Of a stretch of 64,000 nucleotides of DNA, positions 19,097-29,457 are shown piece by piece; positions within the stretch are counted from its first letter, which is position 1; each line of letters starts with the position of its first letter. The translations under genes were made by a program, and so were the position numbers. A model generated the notes under the pieces. It did no database searches, was not told where the DNA came from, and was given only the letters and a program-made list of their open reading frames with translations. The stretch comes from Candidatus Cloacimonadota bacterium (lineage in GTDB: Bacteria > Cloacimonadota > Cloacimonadia > Cloacimonadales > WRIO01), in NCBI GenBank assembly GCA_029564175.1, contig JAKQQL010000110.1, forward strand, positions 32,001 through 96,000. The letters are read 5' to 3'.

Positions 19097-19963
19097 GTGA
19101 AAGACTATTTAATCAGGGGAATAACAAAAGATAAATGTATCCGCTTTTTTGCAATCAGCGCAAATCAGGTTGTTTCAGAGGCTATGAAAATTCATCATCT
19201 GTCCTATACGAATTCGATTTTATTAGGTCGCACACTTATTGCTGGATTACTCATGAGTAATGATTTAAAAAATGAAGATGATTTACTGACAATTCGTTTT
19301 ATTGGAGACGGACCTGCAGGACATTTTCTCGTTACCTGCAACGGGAAAAATTCTATAAAAGGTTATTCTGAAAATCCAGGTTTTGAATCAGAAAAAGGTT
19401 TCAATGCATCTGCTGCTGTTGGCTCTGGTGTAATTAATGTTATTAAATCAATCGGAGATTTAAAACCTTATATCGGTCAAACCAATATTATCAGCGGGGA
19501 AATTGCTGAGGATATTGCTTACTATTATATGCAATCAGAGCAAATTCCGACAGCAATCCAACTTGGTGTATTGTTAAATGAAGATGCCAGTGTCAGACAA
19601 GCGGGTGGCTTCCTGGTTCAGCTTATGCCTGATACACCTGAACATCTTATTGAGCGTTTGGAAAACAATATTAAGGCTTTTCCAAATTTTTCTGATATGC
19701 TGGATTTGAATTATTCTCTGGAAAGTTTGATAGAAAAATTCATATTAAAAGGTTTTGGAATTGATATAACAGAAACTAATGAGGTACGTTATGAATGTAA
19801 CTGTAACAAAGACAGATTTGAAAAAGGTTTAGCTTTATTAGGAAAAGAAGAACTACAAATAATGATTGATGATAATGAAAGTATCAGTGCCGAGTGCCAT
19901 TTTTGTAATAAAACATATCAGTTTGATCTCATTGATCTAAAGAAAATCTATAATAGTTTATGA
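19097..19963 (+). CDS. hslO: Hsp33 redox-regulated chaperone
   Basis: GEIAEDIAYYY.QSEQIPT; CNC...CHFC zinc centre. Confidence 0.95.
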   Translation: MKDYLIRGITKDKCIRFFAISANQVVSEAMKIHHLSYTNSILLGRTLIAGLLMSNDLKNEDDLLTIRFIGDGPAGHFLVTCNGKNSIKGYSENPGFESEKGFNASAAVGSGVINVIKSIGDLKPYIGQTNIISGEIAEDIAYYYMQSEQIPTAIQLGVLLNEDASVRQAGGFLVQLMPDTPEHLIERLENNIKAFPNFSDMLDLNYSLESLIEKFILKGFGIDITETNEVRYECNCNKDRFEKGLALLGKEELQIMIDDNESISAECHFCNKTYQFDLIDLKKIYNSL

Positions 19964-20052
19964 TGTTCTTTTTATTACTGATTGTTTTTCATTCAATCTA
20001 AAAAATCATATAAAAACAAGCATAATGCAAAAAAAATATAAAGGAGTTCAAT

Positions 20053-21246
20053 ATGCGTAAAGTCGTCGTCGTATCAGCCAAACGTACTGCAATTGGCAAT
20101 TTTGGCTCTGCATTTAAAGATGTCTCAGCAGTTCAGCTGGGAGTTACTGTAGTGAAGAATATTTTAGAAGAGACTCGTCTAAAACCTGAACAGGTTAATG
20201 AAGTAATTTTAGGAAATGTGTTAGGAGCAGGTTTAGGACAAAATGTTGCCCGTCAGGTCAGCATTCATTCAGGAATCCCAACATATGTTCCTGCATATAC
20301 GATAAACAAGGTTTGTGGTTCTGGTATGAAGGCTGTTTCTCTTGCAGCGATGATGATCGCTTCAGAAGAAGCGGATATCATATTAGCCGGAGGCATAGAA
20401 AATATGTCTCAAAGTCCCTATTTGCTTCCTGATGAACGATGGGGAGCCAGAATGGGTGATAAAATGGTTGTTGATACAATGATTAAAGATGGTTTGAGTG
20501 ATATTTTCAATAATTATCATATGGGAATAACTGCTGAAAACTTAGCTGAAGAGTTTGGTTTAAGTAAAGAAGATCAGGATTTGTTTGCAGTTCAAAGCCA
20601 GAATAAAGCAGAAAAAGCAATGACAGAAGGTCGATTTAAAGATGAAATTGTTCCAGTCATTATTCCACAACGTAAAGGTGATCCGTTGATCATAGATACT
20701 GATGAATTTCCACGAAAAGGGGTTACAGCTGAAAGTCTAGCAAAGGTTAAACCTGCATTTAAAAAAGAGGGAACGGTTACAGCTGCAAATGCTTCAGGTA
20801 TTAATGATGGAGCAGCAATTCTTCTTTTAATGTCGGAAGAAAAGGCTAAAGAACTAGAAATGGATGTTTTGGCTTATTTTATTCAATCTGCTTCTGCGGG
20901 AGTTGATCCTTCTATCATGGGTTATGGACCAGTGCCTGCAATTAAAAAAGTACTCAGTAAAGCAAACTGGAAGATTGAGGATATTGAAATTGCCGAATTG
21001 AATGAAGCTTTTGCTGCACAATCACTTGCCGTAGTTAAAGGTCTTGAAAATGAAGTAGGGAAAATTGACTCCTCAATCGTTAATGTCAACGGTGGAGCGA
21101 TAGCACTTGGACACCCTATCGGAGCAAGTGGAGCCAGAATTATTGTGTCATTACTTCATGAAATGAAAAAAACTGGAAAGAAAAAAGGCCTGGCATCATT
21201 ATGTATTGGTGGTGGTATGGGAATTGCCACCCTATTTGAAAAATAA
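20053..21246 (+). CDS. thlA: Acetyl-CoA C-acetyltransferase (thiolase)
   Basis: [27 protein letters not shown] catalytic motifs. Confidence 0.95.
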   Translation: MRKVVVVSAKRTAIGNFGSAFKDVSAVQLGVTVVKNILEETRLKPEQVNEVILGNVLGAGLGQNVARQVSIHSGIPTYVPAYTINKVCGSGMKAVSLAAMMIASEEADIILAGGIENMSQSPYLLPDERWGARMGDKMVVDTMIKDGLSDIFNNYHMGITAENLAEEFGLSKEDQDLFAVQSQNKAEKAMTEGRFKDEIVPVIIPQRKGDPLIIDTDEFPRKGVTAESLAKVKPAFKKEGTVTAANASGINDGAAILLLMSEEKAKELEMDVLAYFIQSASAGVDPSIMGYGPVPAIKKVLSKANWKIEDIEIAELNEAFAAQSLAVVKGLENEVGKIDSSIVNVNGGAIALGHPIGASGARIIVSLLHEMKKTGKKKGLASLCIGGGMGIATLFEK

Positions 21247-21254
21247 GCATTTTC

Positions 21255-21291
21255 ACAGGCATTCTGAGAAATATTAGAATGCCTGTTTTTT
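21255..21291 (+). terminator. Intrinsic terminator after thiolase
   Basis: ACAGGCATTCT-N10-AGAATGCCTGT followed by a T run. Confidence 0.85.
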
Positions 21292-21296
21292 CTAAT

Positions 21297-21339
21297 TCCT
21301 TATTGCATCCTTATCCTATCCTTATTCTTACTTATTCTT
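21297..21339. repeat. Degenerate 11-bp tandem repeat (about 4 copies)
   Basis: TCCTTATTGCA TCCTTATCCTA TCCTTATTCTT ACTTATTCTT. Confidence 0.7.
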
Positions 21340-21410
21340 TTTTAAAATCCAAAAATTTTCCTTGACATTTAAAAATAAGTTTGAATAAATTACATGCAAA
21401 GGATAGTCGA

Positions 21411-22409
21411 ATGATAAAGAAAAGTGTAATTGTATTTGTTTTTATAATGTTAGTATCGTTTTCGATTTTTAAATATTATAGGCACCACAATGTCAAAAAA
21501 CCATTAAAACATGTGACTATCCGCTTACAATGGGTTACACAGACTCAGTTTGCTGGGTTTTATGTTGCCAAATCAAAAGGTTTTTATAAAGATTACGGAC
21601 TGGATGTGAGTATCGAAGAAGGAGGCTATGCGCTTTCGAATATCCGTTCAGTAAAGGAAGGCGCAGAAGAATTTGGTTGTCGTTGGGCTTCTGATCTTTT
21701 GCCTTATTTTCAGGATCTCATCATTATTGCAAATATTTTTAAAAATAATGGTCTGCTACTGGTTTCTAAAAAAGAAAGAAATATTAAGAATATTCATAAT
21801 CTGATTAAAAAAAGACTCTCAATATGGTTCATTGGAAACGAACTTCAGTTATTATCATTGTTAGATAAATACCATATATCAAATCATCAGGTAGAAGTGA
21901 TTCCTCAAAAATTTGATTTAAGTCAGTTTTATAATGATGAGGTTGATGCGATTTCTGCAATGTCTTTTAATGAATTACTGATACTTAATAAAAATGGCTA
22001 TCCCAATGAAAAACTCAATATATTAGATTATAAAGATTATGGATATGATTTTTTGGGAGATTGTATTTTCACTTCAAAAAGTTATCTGAAAAATCATCCT
22101 GATGTGTGTAAAGCATTTGTTCAAGCAAGCATTAAAGGTTGGGAATACAGTTTAGAATATCCGGAAGAAGCAGCAAAAATCGTTGTTAATCAATCCAAAA
22201 ATATGAAACTGGATTATGCGCATCAACTGTCTCAATTAAATGCAGTAAAAAAATTGATTATTAGTAATCAATACCCAATTGGCTTTACACCTTTAAAAGA
22301 TATTCAAAAATTAATTGAATTGTTTTATAAAAATGGTATTTTAACTGATGAAATTGTTCCTGATCAGATTTATACCAACCAGTTTATAAAAAAAGAGTCG
22401 AGAAAATAG
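21411..22409 (+). CDS. NMT1/THI5-like periplasmic substrate-binding protein
   Basis: LQWVTQTQFAGFYVAKSKGFY, FVQASIKGWEY; N-terminal hydrophobic anchor; start moved to ATG 21411 behind AAGGA. Confidence 0.85.
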   Translation: MIKKSVIVFVFIMLVSFSIFKYYRHHNVKKPLKHVTIRLQWVTQTQFAGFYVAKSKGFYKDYGLDVSIEEGGYALSNIRSVKEGAEEFGCRWASDLLPYFQDLIIIANIFKNNGLLLVSKKERNIKNIHNLIKKRLSIWFIGNELQLLSLLDKYHISNHQVEVIPQKFDLSQFYNDEVDAISAMSFNELLILNKNGYPNEKLNILDYKDYGYDFLGDCIFTSKSYLKNHPDVCKAFVQASIKGWEYSLEYPEEAAKIVVNQSKNMKLDYAHQLSQLNAVKKLIISNQYPIGFTPLKDIQKLIELFYKNGILTDEIVPDQIYTNQFIKKESRK

Positions 22410-22423
22410 GTTAAGGGTAAAAT

Positions 22424-24739
22424 GTGAAAAAAATGAATATTTTAAAAGGAAAAATAGCTCATCTGCTGATAGTTATTATGCTTATAATCTGTGGTGTATT
22501 AGCGATCTATACAACCATAGACATTATTCTCTTTAACAGGCTTAATTATTATACGCAACAAATAATAAATTATCAGAAGATTACTGAGGATGTTAGAAAT
22601 GTTATTTTGATGTTTGATGAAGTCGAATTGAATACAAATCAACTCTTATTGGGTTATCATGCTGTAAGTTCTGAAAATTCAGTTTCTAATTTGCTTGTTA
22701 TTCAACTCAGATTAAAAAAAATACGTGATTCTTATCTTTTTCTAAATGAAGAAACTATCGATAAGCTCATGCGTATTGAGATGAATTTAAATGATTTAAA
22801 AAATATTATCGCTTTTCATGATACAAATGTTTCAAATGAACTTGAAATAAAAGAGTTAAACGAGTTGTTTTTTATAACTCGATTGATGTTTAGACAAGTT
22901 GATAAAATCCTGTATGAGAAGAATAATTTTTATCACAACAAAATACAGTCCGTACTTTTACAAAACAATATTTTTAGACATTCAATTATTTTAATTGTTA
23001 TTTTATTCAGTATTTTGATTTATGTTTTTAGAAAAATTTTTAAAAAGAGAATTCACTCTTTAGTTTCAGTATTTAGTTTCCCAGAGAAATATTTAAATGG
23101 CGCAATGACTTATGATTATCACGATGAGTTTAAGGAATTAGTGAGTAACTTTCTAACAACCCATCAGGAAAATTCTAAAAATATAAAAGAAATACGTTTT
23201 TTACAAGATTATCTGAATGATGTGATAGAATCAATGCCTTCTATCGTGATATCGTTAAATAATGATTTACAAATATACCGATTTAATAAAATGTTGCTAA
23301 AAGCAATAGATTTAACACCTGGAGAAATTTTCAATAAACCTGTTTTTCATGTATTTCCAAAACTAAATCAGTATAAAGAGGACTTCTTCAAGGTCTTGGG
23401 TAAACACCAGATTATACATTTGGATAAAATCAACGTTGTTTCAAATAGTGACAATTGTTACAATATCACATTATTCCCTGTCAAGAATAAAGATTCTTAT
23501 GATATTGTACTCAGAATGGACGATATAACCGATTTAAATAAAAAAGACAAACAATTACAACAAGCACAAAAAATGGAATCTATCGGAACCCTTGCCGGGG
23601 GATTAGCTCATGATTTTAACAACATTTTGGGTGGAATTGTGGGCACGCTTTCTATCCTTCAGTATAAAGTAACAGAAGAAAAAGAAACTAACAGTGATTT
23701 TATACATCAACAACTTAATCTGATGCAGGAGTTAACTGAACGTGCGACTGATTTGGTAAAGCAATTGTTAACTCTTTCCAGAAAAAATGAAATCAGTTTA
23801 GTCACAATTGATTTGAATTCAGCAATAAAAAGAGTTTATAAAATTTGTAATAATTCATTTGACAAAAGTATAACTTTTAACATAGAATTGACTAATCAAC
23901 CGCATTTCATTAAAGGTGATATCAGTCAGATTGATCAAATTCTGCTTAATCTGTTTATAAATGCAGGCCATGCAATGACAATCATGCGAAAATCAGATGA
24001 AAAACAAGGGGGAACTCTATCTGTCAGAATATCTGAAGTTTTCGCAGATAAAAGTTTTATCAATACTCATCCGGATTGTCAGAGTCATCATTTCTGGTTG
24101 ATTAGCATTAGTGATACAGGCGTTGGTATTCCAAAAGAAAATCTGAGTAAGATTTTCGATCCATTTTTTACTACAAAAGGGAATAATGTAGGGACAGGAT
24201 TGGGCTTATCAATGGTATATAATATCATACATCAGCATAATGGATTTGTTGATATATATTCAGAACCTGGAGTCGGTACAACTTTTAATCTTTTCTTTCC
24301 TGTTTTTAGTAAAAGTAGTGAAACAGAACTTGAAAATATCAATAATCAGTTGATAAGTGGCAACGGTAAAATCTTAATTATTGAAGATGATGTCATTATC
24401 AATAACATCACCAGTTCCATCCTGAATGAGTGTGGCTATTCAATAATCAATGTTATTGATGCAGAAGAAGGTTTAAGAATTTATTTAGAAAAGGGAGCCC
24501 TTTATTTTGATTTAATTATTATTGATTTGATTATGCCAAAAATTTCAGGAGTTGACCTTTGTAAAAAAATATTTGCGGTTGATAAGAGAGAGAGAATTGT
24601 GTTAACATCTGGTTTCCATCAGGATGAACGAATTAAAACCGCAATGGAATACGGGGTAAGAGGATTTATTTCAAAACCTTTTACTATGCAGCATTTAACA
24701 CAGATTGTTTCAGAATATATTCACTCAAAAAGAGATTAG
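22424..24739 (+). CDS. Membrane hybrid sensor histidine kinase (2 TM, PAS-like, HisKA, HATPase, receiver)
   Basis: QAQKMESIGTLAGGLAHDFNN, FDPFFTTK, GTGLGL, receiver DLIIIDLIMP. Confidence 0.93.
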   Translation: MKKMNILKGKIAHLLIVIMLIICGVLAIYTTIDIILFNRLNYYTQQIINYQKITEDVRNVILMFDEVELNTNQLLLGYHAVSSENSVSNLLVIQLRLKKIRDSYLFLNEETIDKLMRIEMNLNDLKNIIAFHDTNVSNELEIKELNELFFITRLMFRQVDKILYEKNNFYHNKIQSVLLQNNIFRHSIILIVILFSILIYVFRKIFKKRIHSLVSVFSFPEKYLNGAMTYDYHDEFKELVSNFLTTHQENSKNIKEIRFLQDYLNDVIESMPSIVISLNNDLQIYRFNKMLLKAIDLTPGEIFNKPVFHVFPKLNQYKEDFFKVLGKHQIIHLDKINVVSNSDNCYNITLFPVKNKDSYDIVLRMDDITDLNKKDKQLQQAQKMESIGTLAGGLAHDFNNILGGIVGTLSILQYKVTEEKETNSDFIHQQLNLMQELTERATDLVKQLLTLSRKNEISLVTIDLNSAIKRVYKICNNSFDKSITFNIELTNQPHFIKGDISQIDQILLNLFINAGHAMTIMRKSDEKQGGTLSVRISEVFADKSFINTHPDCQSHHFWLISISDTGVGIPKENLSKIFDPFFTTKGNNVGTGLGLSMVYNIIHQHNGFVDIYSEPGVGTTFNLFFPVFSKSSETELENINNQLISGNGKILIIEDDVIINNITSSILNECGYSIINVIDAEEGLRIYLEKGALYFDLIIIDLIMPKISGVDLCKKIFAVDKRERIVLTSGFHQDERIKTAMEYGVRGFISKPFTMQHLTQIVSEYIHSKRD

Positions 24740-24740
24740 C

Positions 24741-26495
24741 ATGTCATTATACGAATCAAATATAACTCTGATAAAAAAACATCCGGCTCAGTTTCACATT
24801 AATACATTTGCAAAACAATACCTCTTTAAGTATATTTATGAAAAAACGAATGAAGATAACTACTCTTTAAAAATTGTATTTCAAAGTCAGTCAGAACAAA
24901 GTTATCAGATTCATAGTGCATATACTCCAGAGAAAGAAGCCAGTTTGATTTGTGATAGATTTTTTTCAGAAAATCAAAATATTTTGATCACAGGTTTTGG
25001 AATGGGATATCATATTGAAGCTCTTTCAAAAAAATATCCAGATAAAACACTGATTATTATAGAAAATGATATGGATTTATTCTTAAGCAGTTTATCTTAT
25101 ATTGACTTAAGAAAATTTGTAAATTTCTATTTTATAATCGCTTATCCTGATTACATGGTGATGGATATCGTTTCACAAATTTTGATTGATAAATCTAATA
25201 CCAGAGAATTTGATATCTATGAGTTAAAACCATATCTCAGAATACATCAATCCTATTATCAATTTATCATGAAACACTTAAAAAATGAAAAAATATATGA
25301 TTTAAGTCCTCAATGGTTTTATCCAAAATTTAAAAATGCAACAACTCCTGTAAAGATATTGTTTATTGATTCCTCTTATGTACTTACAAAAGAATGTTTG
25401 TTTGCAATTCAAGAAACTGGACATCAGGTTCATTACATTCATATCGATGATAAACAGACTGATTATGAAGTATTTGTGAGGAAACTAATGCTGGACATCA
25501 ATCAGTTTAAACCTGATTTTATTCTAACGATAAATCACCTGGGTTTTGATAAAGAAGGCCGTTTAACAGACCTTTTAAGTGAAATGCATATCCCTTATGC
25601 TTCTTGGTTTGTGGATAGTCCCAATGTGATACTTTCTTGTTTTAAACAAAATATATCTGATTATTGCAGTATTTTTGTATGGGACAGGGATTATATAGAT
25701 GACTTGATTAAAACTGGATACCCTTATGTAGATTATTTACCCCTGGCTACATCATCAGATATCTTTTATCCAAAATCTCTCAGTAAAATATACGATGTTT
25801 CTTTTGTAGGGTCGAGTATGGTTTATGCTACCCATAAAAATATGAAATCATTCATACATCGTCCTGATTTATTACACATTCTGGAAGACGTTTCAAATGA
25901 ATTTATAAGGTTGAAGACACGTCATGTAGAACATGCCGTAAAAAAGCTTACTTCAGGTCATACTGAGATTTTTTTTGAAGATAATGATCAGAAAGATGAT
26001 TTTTATGCCGCTGTACTATGGAGATCGACCCAAAAATACAGATTATCAGGTCTCTTGGAATTAGAAACTTTTTCACCGGTGATAAGCGGTGATGAAAATT
26101 GGCAACGCCTGCTCCCTTTTAGTTTTAGAAAATTGCCTGAAAGATGGTATTATGAAGATTTAGCTGATTTTTATAATCAGAGTAAGATCAATTTTAATAT
26201 GACGAGTCTTCAAATGAAGAATGCTGTAAATCAAAGGGTATTTGATGTGCCTGCATGTGGAGGATTTATTCTGACTGATTATAAAGAACAATTGAATGAG
26301 ATTTACGATTTAAGTAATGATATTGCTTATTTCAAAGAAATAGGAGAAATTAAAGAATTAGTGAAATATTACCTTGCTAATTTGAACGTATGTGAAAAAA
26401 TGGCAAGTAATGCAAGAAATAAAGTATTGAAAGCTCATACTTATGCTCATAGAATAAATGAAATGATCAATATTATGAAAAAAAGATATCAATAA
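24741..26495 (+). CDS. CgeB/DUF3880-type glycosyltransferase with Maf-like N-terminal region
   Basis: HSAYTP/GFGMGYH N-terminus; SWFVDSP, YLPLA, VSFVG, VNQRVFDVPACGGF, HTY.HR; start likely ATG 24741. Confidence 0.8.
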   Translation: MSLYESNITLIKKHPAQFHINTFAKQYLFKYIYEKTNEDNYSLKIVFQSQSEQSYQIHSAYTPEKEASLICDRFFSENQNILITGFGMGYHIEALSKKYPDKTLIIIENDMDLFLSSLSYIDLRKFVNFYFIIAYPDYMVMDIVSQILIDKSNTREFDIYELKPYLRIHQSYYQFIMKHLKNEKIYDLSPQWFYPKFKNATTPVKILFIDSSYVLTKECLFAIQETGHQVHYIHIDDKQTDYEVFVRKLMLDINQFKPDFILTINHLGFDKEGRLTDLLSEMHIPYASWFVDSPNVILSCFKQNISDYCSIFVWDRDYIDDLIKTGYPYVDYLPLATSSDIFYPKSLSKIYDVSFVGSSMVYATHKNMKSFIHRPDLLHILEDVSNEFIRLKTRHVEHAVKKLTSGHTEIFFEDNDQKDDFYAAVLWRSTQKYRLSGLLELETFSPVISGDENWQRLLPFSFRKLPERWYYEDLADFYNQSKINFNMTSLQMKNAVNQRVFDVPACGGFILTDYKEQLNEIYDLSNDIAYFKEIGEIKELVKYYLANLNVCEKMASNARNKVLKAHTYAHRINEMINIMKKRYQ

Positions 26496-26534
26496 AATAA
26501 ATCAGGCAATTTACCTGACAGAAATGGAGAAACA

Positions 26535-27359
26535 ATGAAGCATATCAAATGGTTAATGCTTGTACTCACACTAATAATACTAATAGGAGTTAAAATGCTG
26601 GATGCAGAAAAAACAAAATTTAAAGTCATTATGAAAACTAATATGGGTGACATTGAACTTGAACTTGATCGCGAAATTGCCCCAAAAACAGTTGATAATT
26701 TCATTGGGCTTGCAAATGGAACTAAAGAATGGAAGGATCCAAAAACTGGAGAAACCGTCAAAAAGGCTTTTTATAATGGATTAACTTTTCACAGGGTAAT
26801 CAAGGATTTTATGATTCAGGGTGGTTGTCCCATTGGAAATGGAACCGGCGGACCCGGTTACTCTTTTGAAGATGAAACTTATAGTTACGGAGAACCCTTA
26901 ATTGGCGCAATAGATTCTCCTGAAAATGCTTACAGAATTTATACAGATGTATTGATTCCTTATTTCAGAAAGAATCCTAATCCTGCGTCTATGGACTCAA
27001 CATTAGTTTCTTTGGTTCAGGAATGTCAGGAACAAAAAAGTCCTGCTCCACTAATGAAAAATAATTACGAATTTTATTATGAAAAAACTCAAAGTAAACC
27101 TATCAATAAAATTACAGGCTTATCTGCAAGTGTTGATTACGGTACAATATGTATGGCTAATTCTGGTCCTAATACAAATGGCTCTCAATTTTTTATTGTA
27201 ACTAAAAAAGAAGGTTGTAATTGGTTGAATGGTAAACATACCGTTTTTGGAAAAGTAGTAAAAGGTATGGATATTGTACATAAGATTGAGGATGTAGATA
27301 AAGATGCAGGTGATAAACCAAAAAAACCAGTGATTATCGAACAAGTCATTGTGATGTAA
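26535..27359 (+). CDS. ppiA: Exported cyclophilin-type peptidyl-prolyl isomerase with an internal insertion
   Basis: APKTVDNF, FHRVIKDFMIQGG, MANSGPNTNGSQFFI, LNGKHTVFG; signal peptide. Confidence 0.92.
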   Translation: MKHIKWLMLVLTLIILIGVKMLDAEKTKFKVIMKTNMGDIELELDREIAPKTVDNFIGLANGTKEWKDPKTGETVKKAFYNGLTFHRVIKDFMIQGGCPIGNGTGGPGYSFEDETYSYGEPLIGAIDSPENAYRIYTDVLIPYFRKNPNPASMDSTLVSLVQECQEQKSPAPLMKNNYEFYYEKTQSKPINKITGLSASVDYGTICMANSGPNTNGSQFFIVTKKEGCNWLNGKHTVFGKVVKGMDIVHKIEDVDKDAGDKPKKPVIIEQVIVM

Positions 27360-27390
27360 ATACTACATGTCTTTGACCTCATATTTTAAT

Positions 27391-27422
27391 GCTGGTAGCT
27401 TGCCCATCAGTAAGTTGCCAGC
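27391..27422 (+). terminator. Hairpin, possible terminator or mRNA stabiliser
   Basis: GCTGGTAGCTT-N10-AAGTTGCCAGC with G-U pairs. Confidence 0.5.
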
Positions 27423-27444
27423 TTATTGATACAAAGGAAAAAAA

Positions 27445-29169
27445 ATGAAAAAAAAAATGCTGATTATTATAATGACTCTGACTTTCAGCATATTGTTCGC
27501 TCAATATGACGAAAAAAAGATTATGTTTAATCAGGCTCAGTCATTTGAAAATATGAATCAGCTGACGCGTGCGCAACAAATTTATAAAGATTTATTAAAA
27601 AAGTATCCTCAGGATCAGGAAGTTGTGCAGAAACTCTTTTATAATTATATTAGAGTATCTGATTTGCAGAATGCGAGTATCTTACTAGAAGATAAAAAGC
27701 CTATTTTAAATCAGACTTTTTATACTCAAAGTAAAATTCTTCTGTTATGCAAAGATAACCGTATCAGTGAAGCTGAAAGTTTAGCAGATAGTTTTATAAG
27801 TGAAAATCCAAACTTAATAAATAACTATCAATCGATCGCTTCAACTTTTGAACAAAATAATCTATTTGAAATTGCAGCCAAATATTATAAACAAGCCAGG
27901 AAGATATCTCATAATGAGACTATCTTTGCACTGGAGTTATCTAATACTTACTATCAGCTTCAAGACTACCAGGCGACTATAAAAGAATCAGTAGTTTTGA
28001 TTATTCAGAATAAAGCTTATGTATATTATGTTACATCAAGATTTAAGGAAATTGTTAATAGAGATTCTTTAATGATTGATGAAATTCAAAGAAACTGTGA
28101 GCATAATGATACTGAAGAGGTTAGAGAATTGTATGCTTTAAGCCTTGTCGAGTTAAAACAATACCAAAAAGCGTTATCAATATATGACAATCTCAACACA
28201 GAGAAATTTATCCGTTTTTGTGATGAGTTGTATGCAAATTCGCTATTAGATTACGCGCTTCAAGGCTATGAAATGATTTTAAAAAAAGTGAATCAGCCAA
28301 TCCTGATTGGTGATATGAAGTTAAAAATGGCAAAGGTATATCTGAGTAGGAAGGATATAAATAGTGCAAAAAATTATCTTAATCAGATAATCTCCATGAA
28401 TGAACTCACTAATCAACAAAATCTTTATAAAACAAAAGTTCATAGAGAATCTCGAGAAATAATGGCAAGTGTCCTGATAATGGATAATGCTGATAAAGAT
28501 AAAGTTTTATCTGCTTTCAACGATGCTGAAAAATACATCTTTAATCAAAATGATAAGAAGAATATTGCTTTTAAAAAAGTTCATTATCTCAGTATGAAGG
28601 AAGAATATACTGAAGCCGAAAAACTCCTTGATAATACATTAAAAGGAGAAGAATATGGCTCTGTTATCATCGCAAAAAGTCTCTATTTCAGATATGAATT
28701 GTATTTAATGAAGAATGATGTTAAAGTGGATTCTATGATGACCGAATATATCCTTTTTTCACCTGAAGATAATGCAATAAATGATATGCTCTTTCTTTCT
28801 TTATTCGTCAAAAATCTACCCAAGGAAAAACAGAATACTTTTTTAAAAGCATATCGGTATAAACAACTCTATCAGGACTCTCTTGCAACAAGTTTACTTC
28901 AAACAATTCTGGATGATTTTCAAAATGATGAACTTAAATTGTTACTCGCAGAATGGTATATTTCTGATTTGAAGTATGATAAAGCTTTAGTTCTCTATAA
29001 TGGAAAATTTGATAATGAAGTATATCAGGAATTTGCAAAATTAGAAGCTGTAAAAATAGAAACAGAAAAAGAATTCAGACGTAATCAGATTACAGATTAC
29101 CTGAAAAATACACCAAACAGTGTGTTTTCGCCTTTATTCAGACAACTATTAGTAAAAAAAATCATGTAA
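27445..29169 (+). CDS. Exported tetratricopeptide-repeat protein
   Basis: Signal peptide; repeated TPR-like helical pattern (A..IY..LL..YP). Confidence 0.75.
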   Translation: MKKKMLIIIMTLTFSILFAQYDEKKIMFNQAQSFENMNQLTRAQQIYKDLLKKYPQDQEVVQKLFYNYIRVSDLQNASILLEDKKPILNQTFYTQSKILLLCKDNRISEAESLADSFISENPNLINNYQSIASTFEQNNLFEIAAKYYKQARKISHNETIFALELSNTYYQLQDYQATIKESVVLIIQNKAYVYYVTSRFKEIVNRDSLMIDEIQRNCEHNDTEEVRELYALSLVELKQYQKALSIYDNLNTEKFIRFCDELYANSLLDYALQGYEMILKKVNQPILIGDMKLKMAKVYLSRKDINSAKNYLNQIISMNELTNQQNLYKTKVHRESREIMASVLIMDNADKDKVLSAFNDAEKYIFNQNDKKNIAFKKVHYLSMKEEYTEAEKLLDNTLKGEEYGSVIIAKSLYFRYELYLMKNDVKVDSMMTEYILFSPEDNAINDMLFLSLFVKNLPKEKQNTFLKAYRYKQLYQDSLATSLLQTILDDFQNDELKLLLAEWYISDLKYDKALVLYNGKFDNEVYQEFAKLEAVKIETEKEFRRNQITDYLKNTPNSVFSPLFRQLLVKKIM

Positions 29170-29182
29170 TCGGGAGGTTGAT

Positions 29183-29449
29183 ATGATTAGTATAAAAAAG
29201 CTTAGCACGGATGATTTTAAGAAAATGCAGATTAATGAGTGGTCTGTATGGGAAAAAGAAGTTTCTGTATTTGACTGGTATTATGATTGTGTAGAAGAAT
29301 GTTATATTCTGAATGGAGAAATTGAGATTACAGATGAAAACAATCAGGTTCATAAGTTGCATGAAAATGATTTTGTACGTTTTGATAAAGGACTAAAATG
29401 CAAATGGAAAATTATCAAACCTGTTAAAAAACATTACCGCTTTTTATAG
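29183..29449 (+). CDS. Cupin-fold protein (DUF861-like)
   Basis: WSVWEKEVSVFDWYYD..EECYIL.GE; F.KGLKC.W; KHY. Confidence 0.88.
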   Translation: MISIKKLSTDDFKKMQINEWSVWEKEVSVFDWYYDCVEECYILNGEIEITDENNQVHKLHENDFVRFDKGLKCKWKIIKPVKKHYRFL

Positions 29450-29457
29450 GAGTTATC

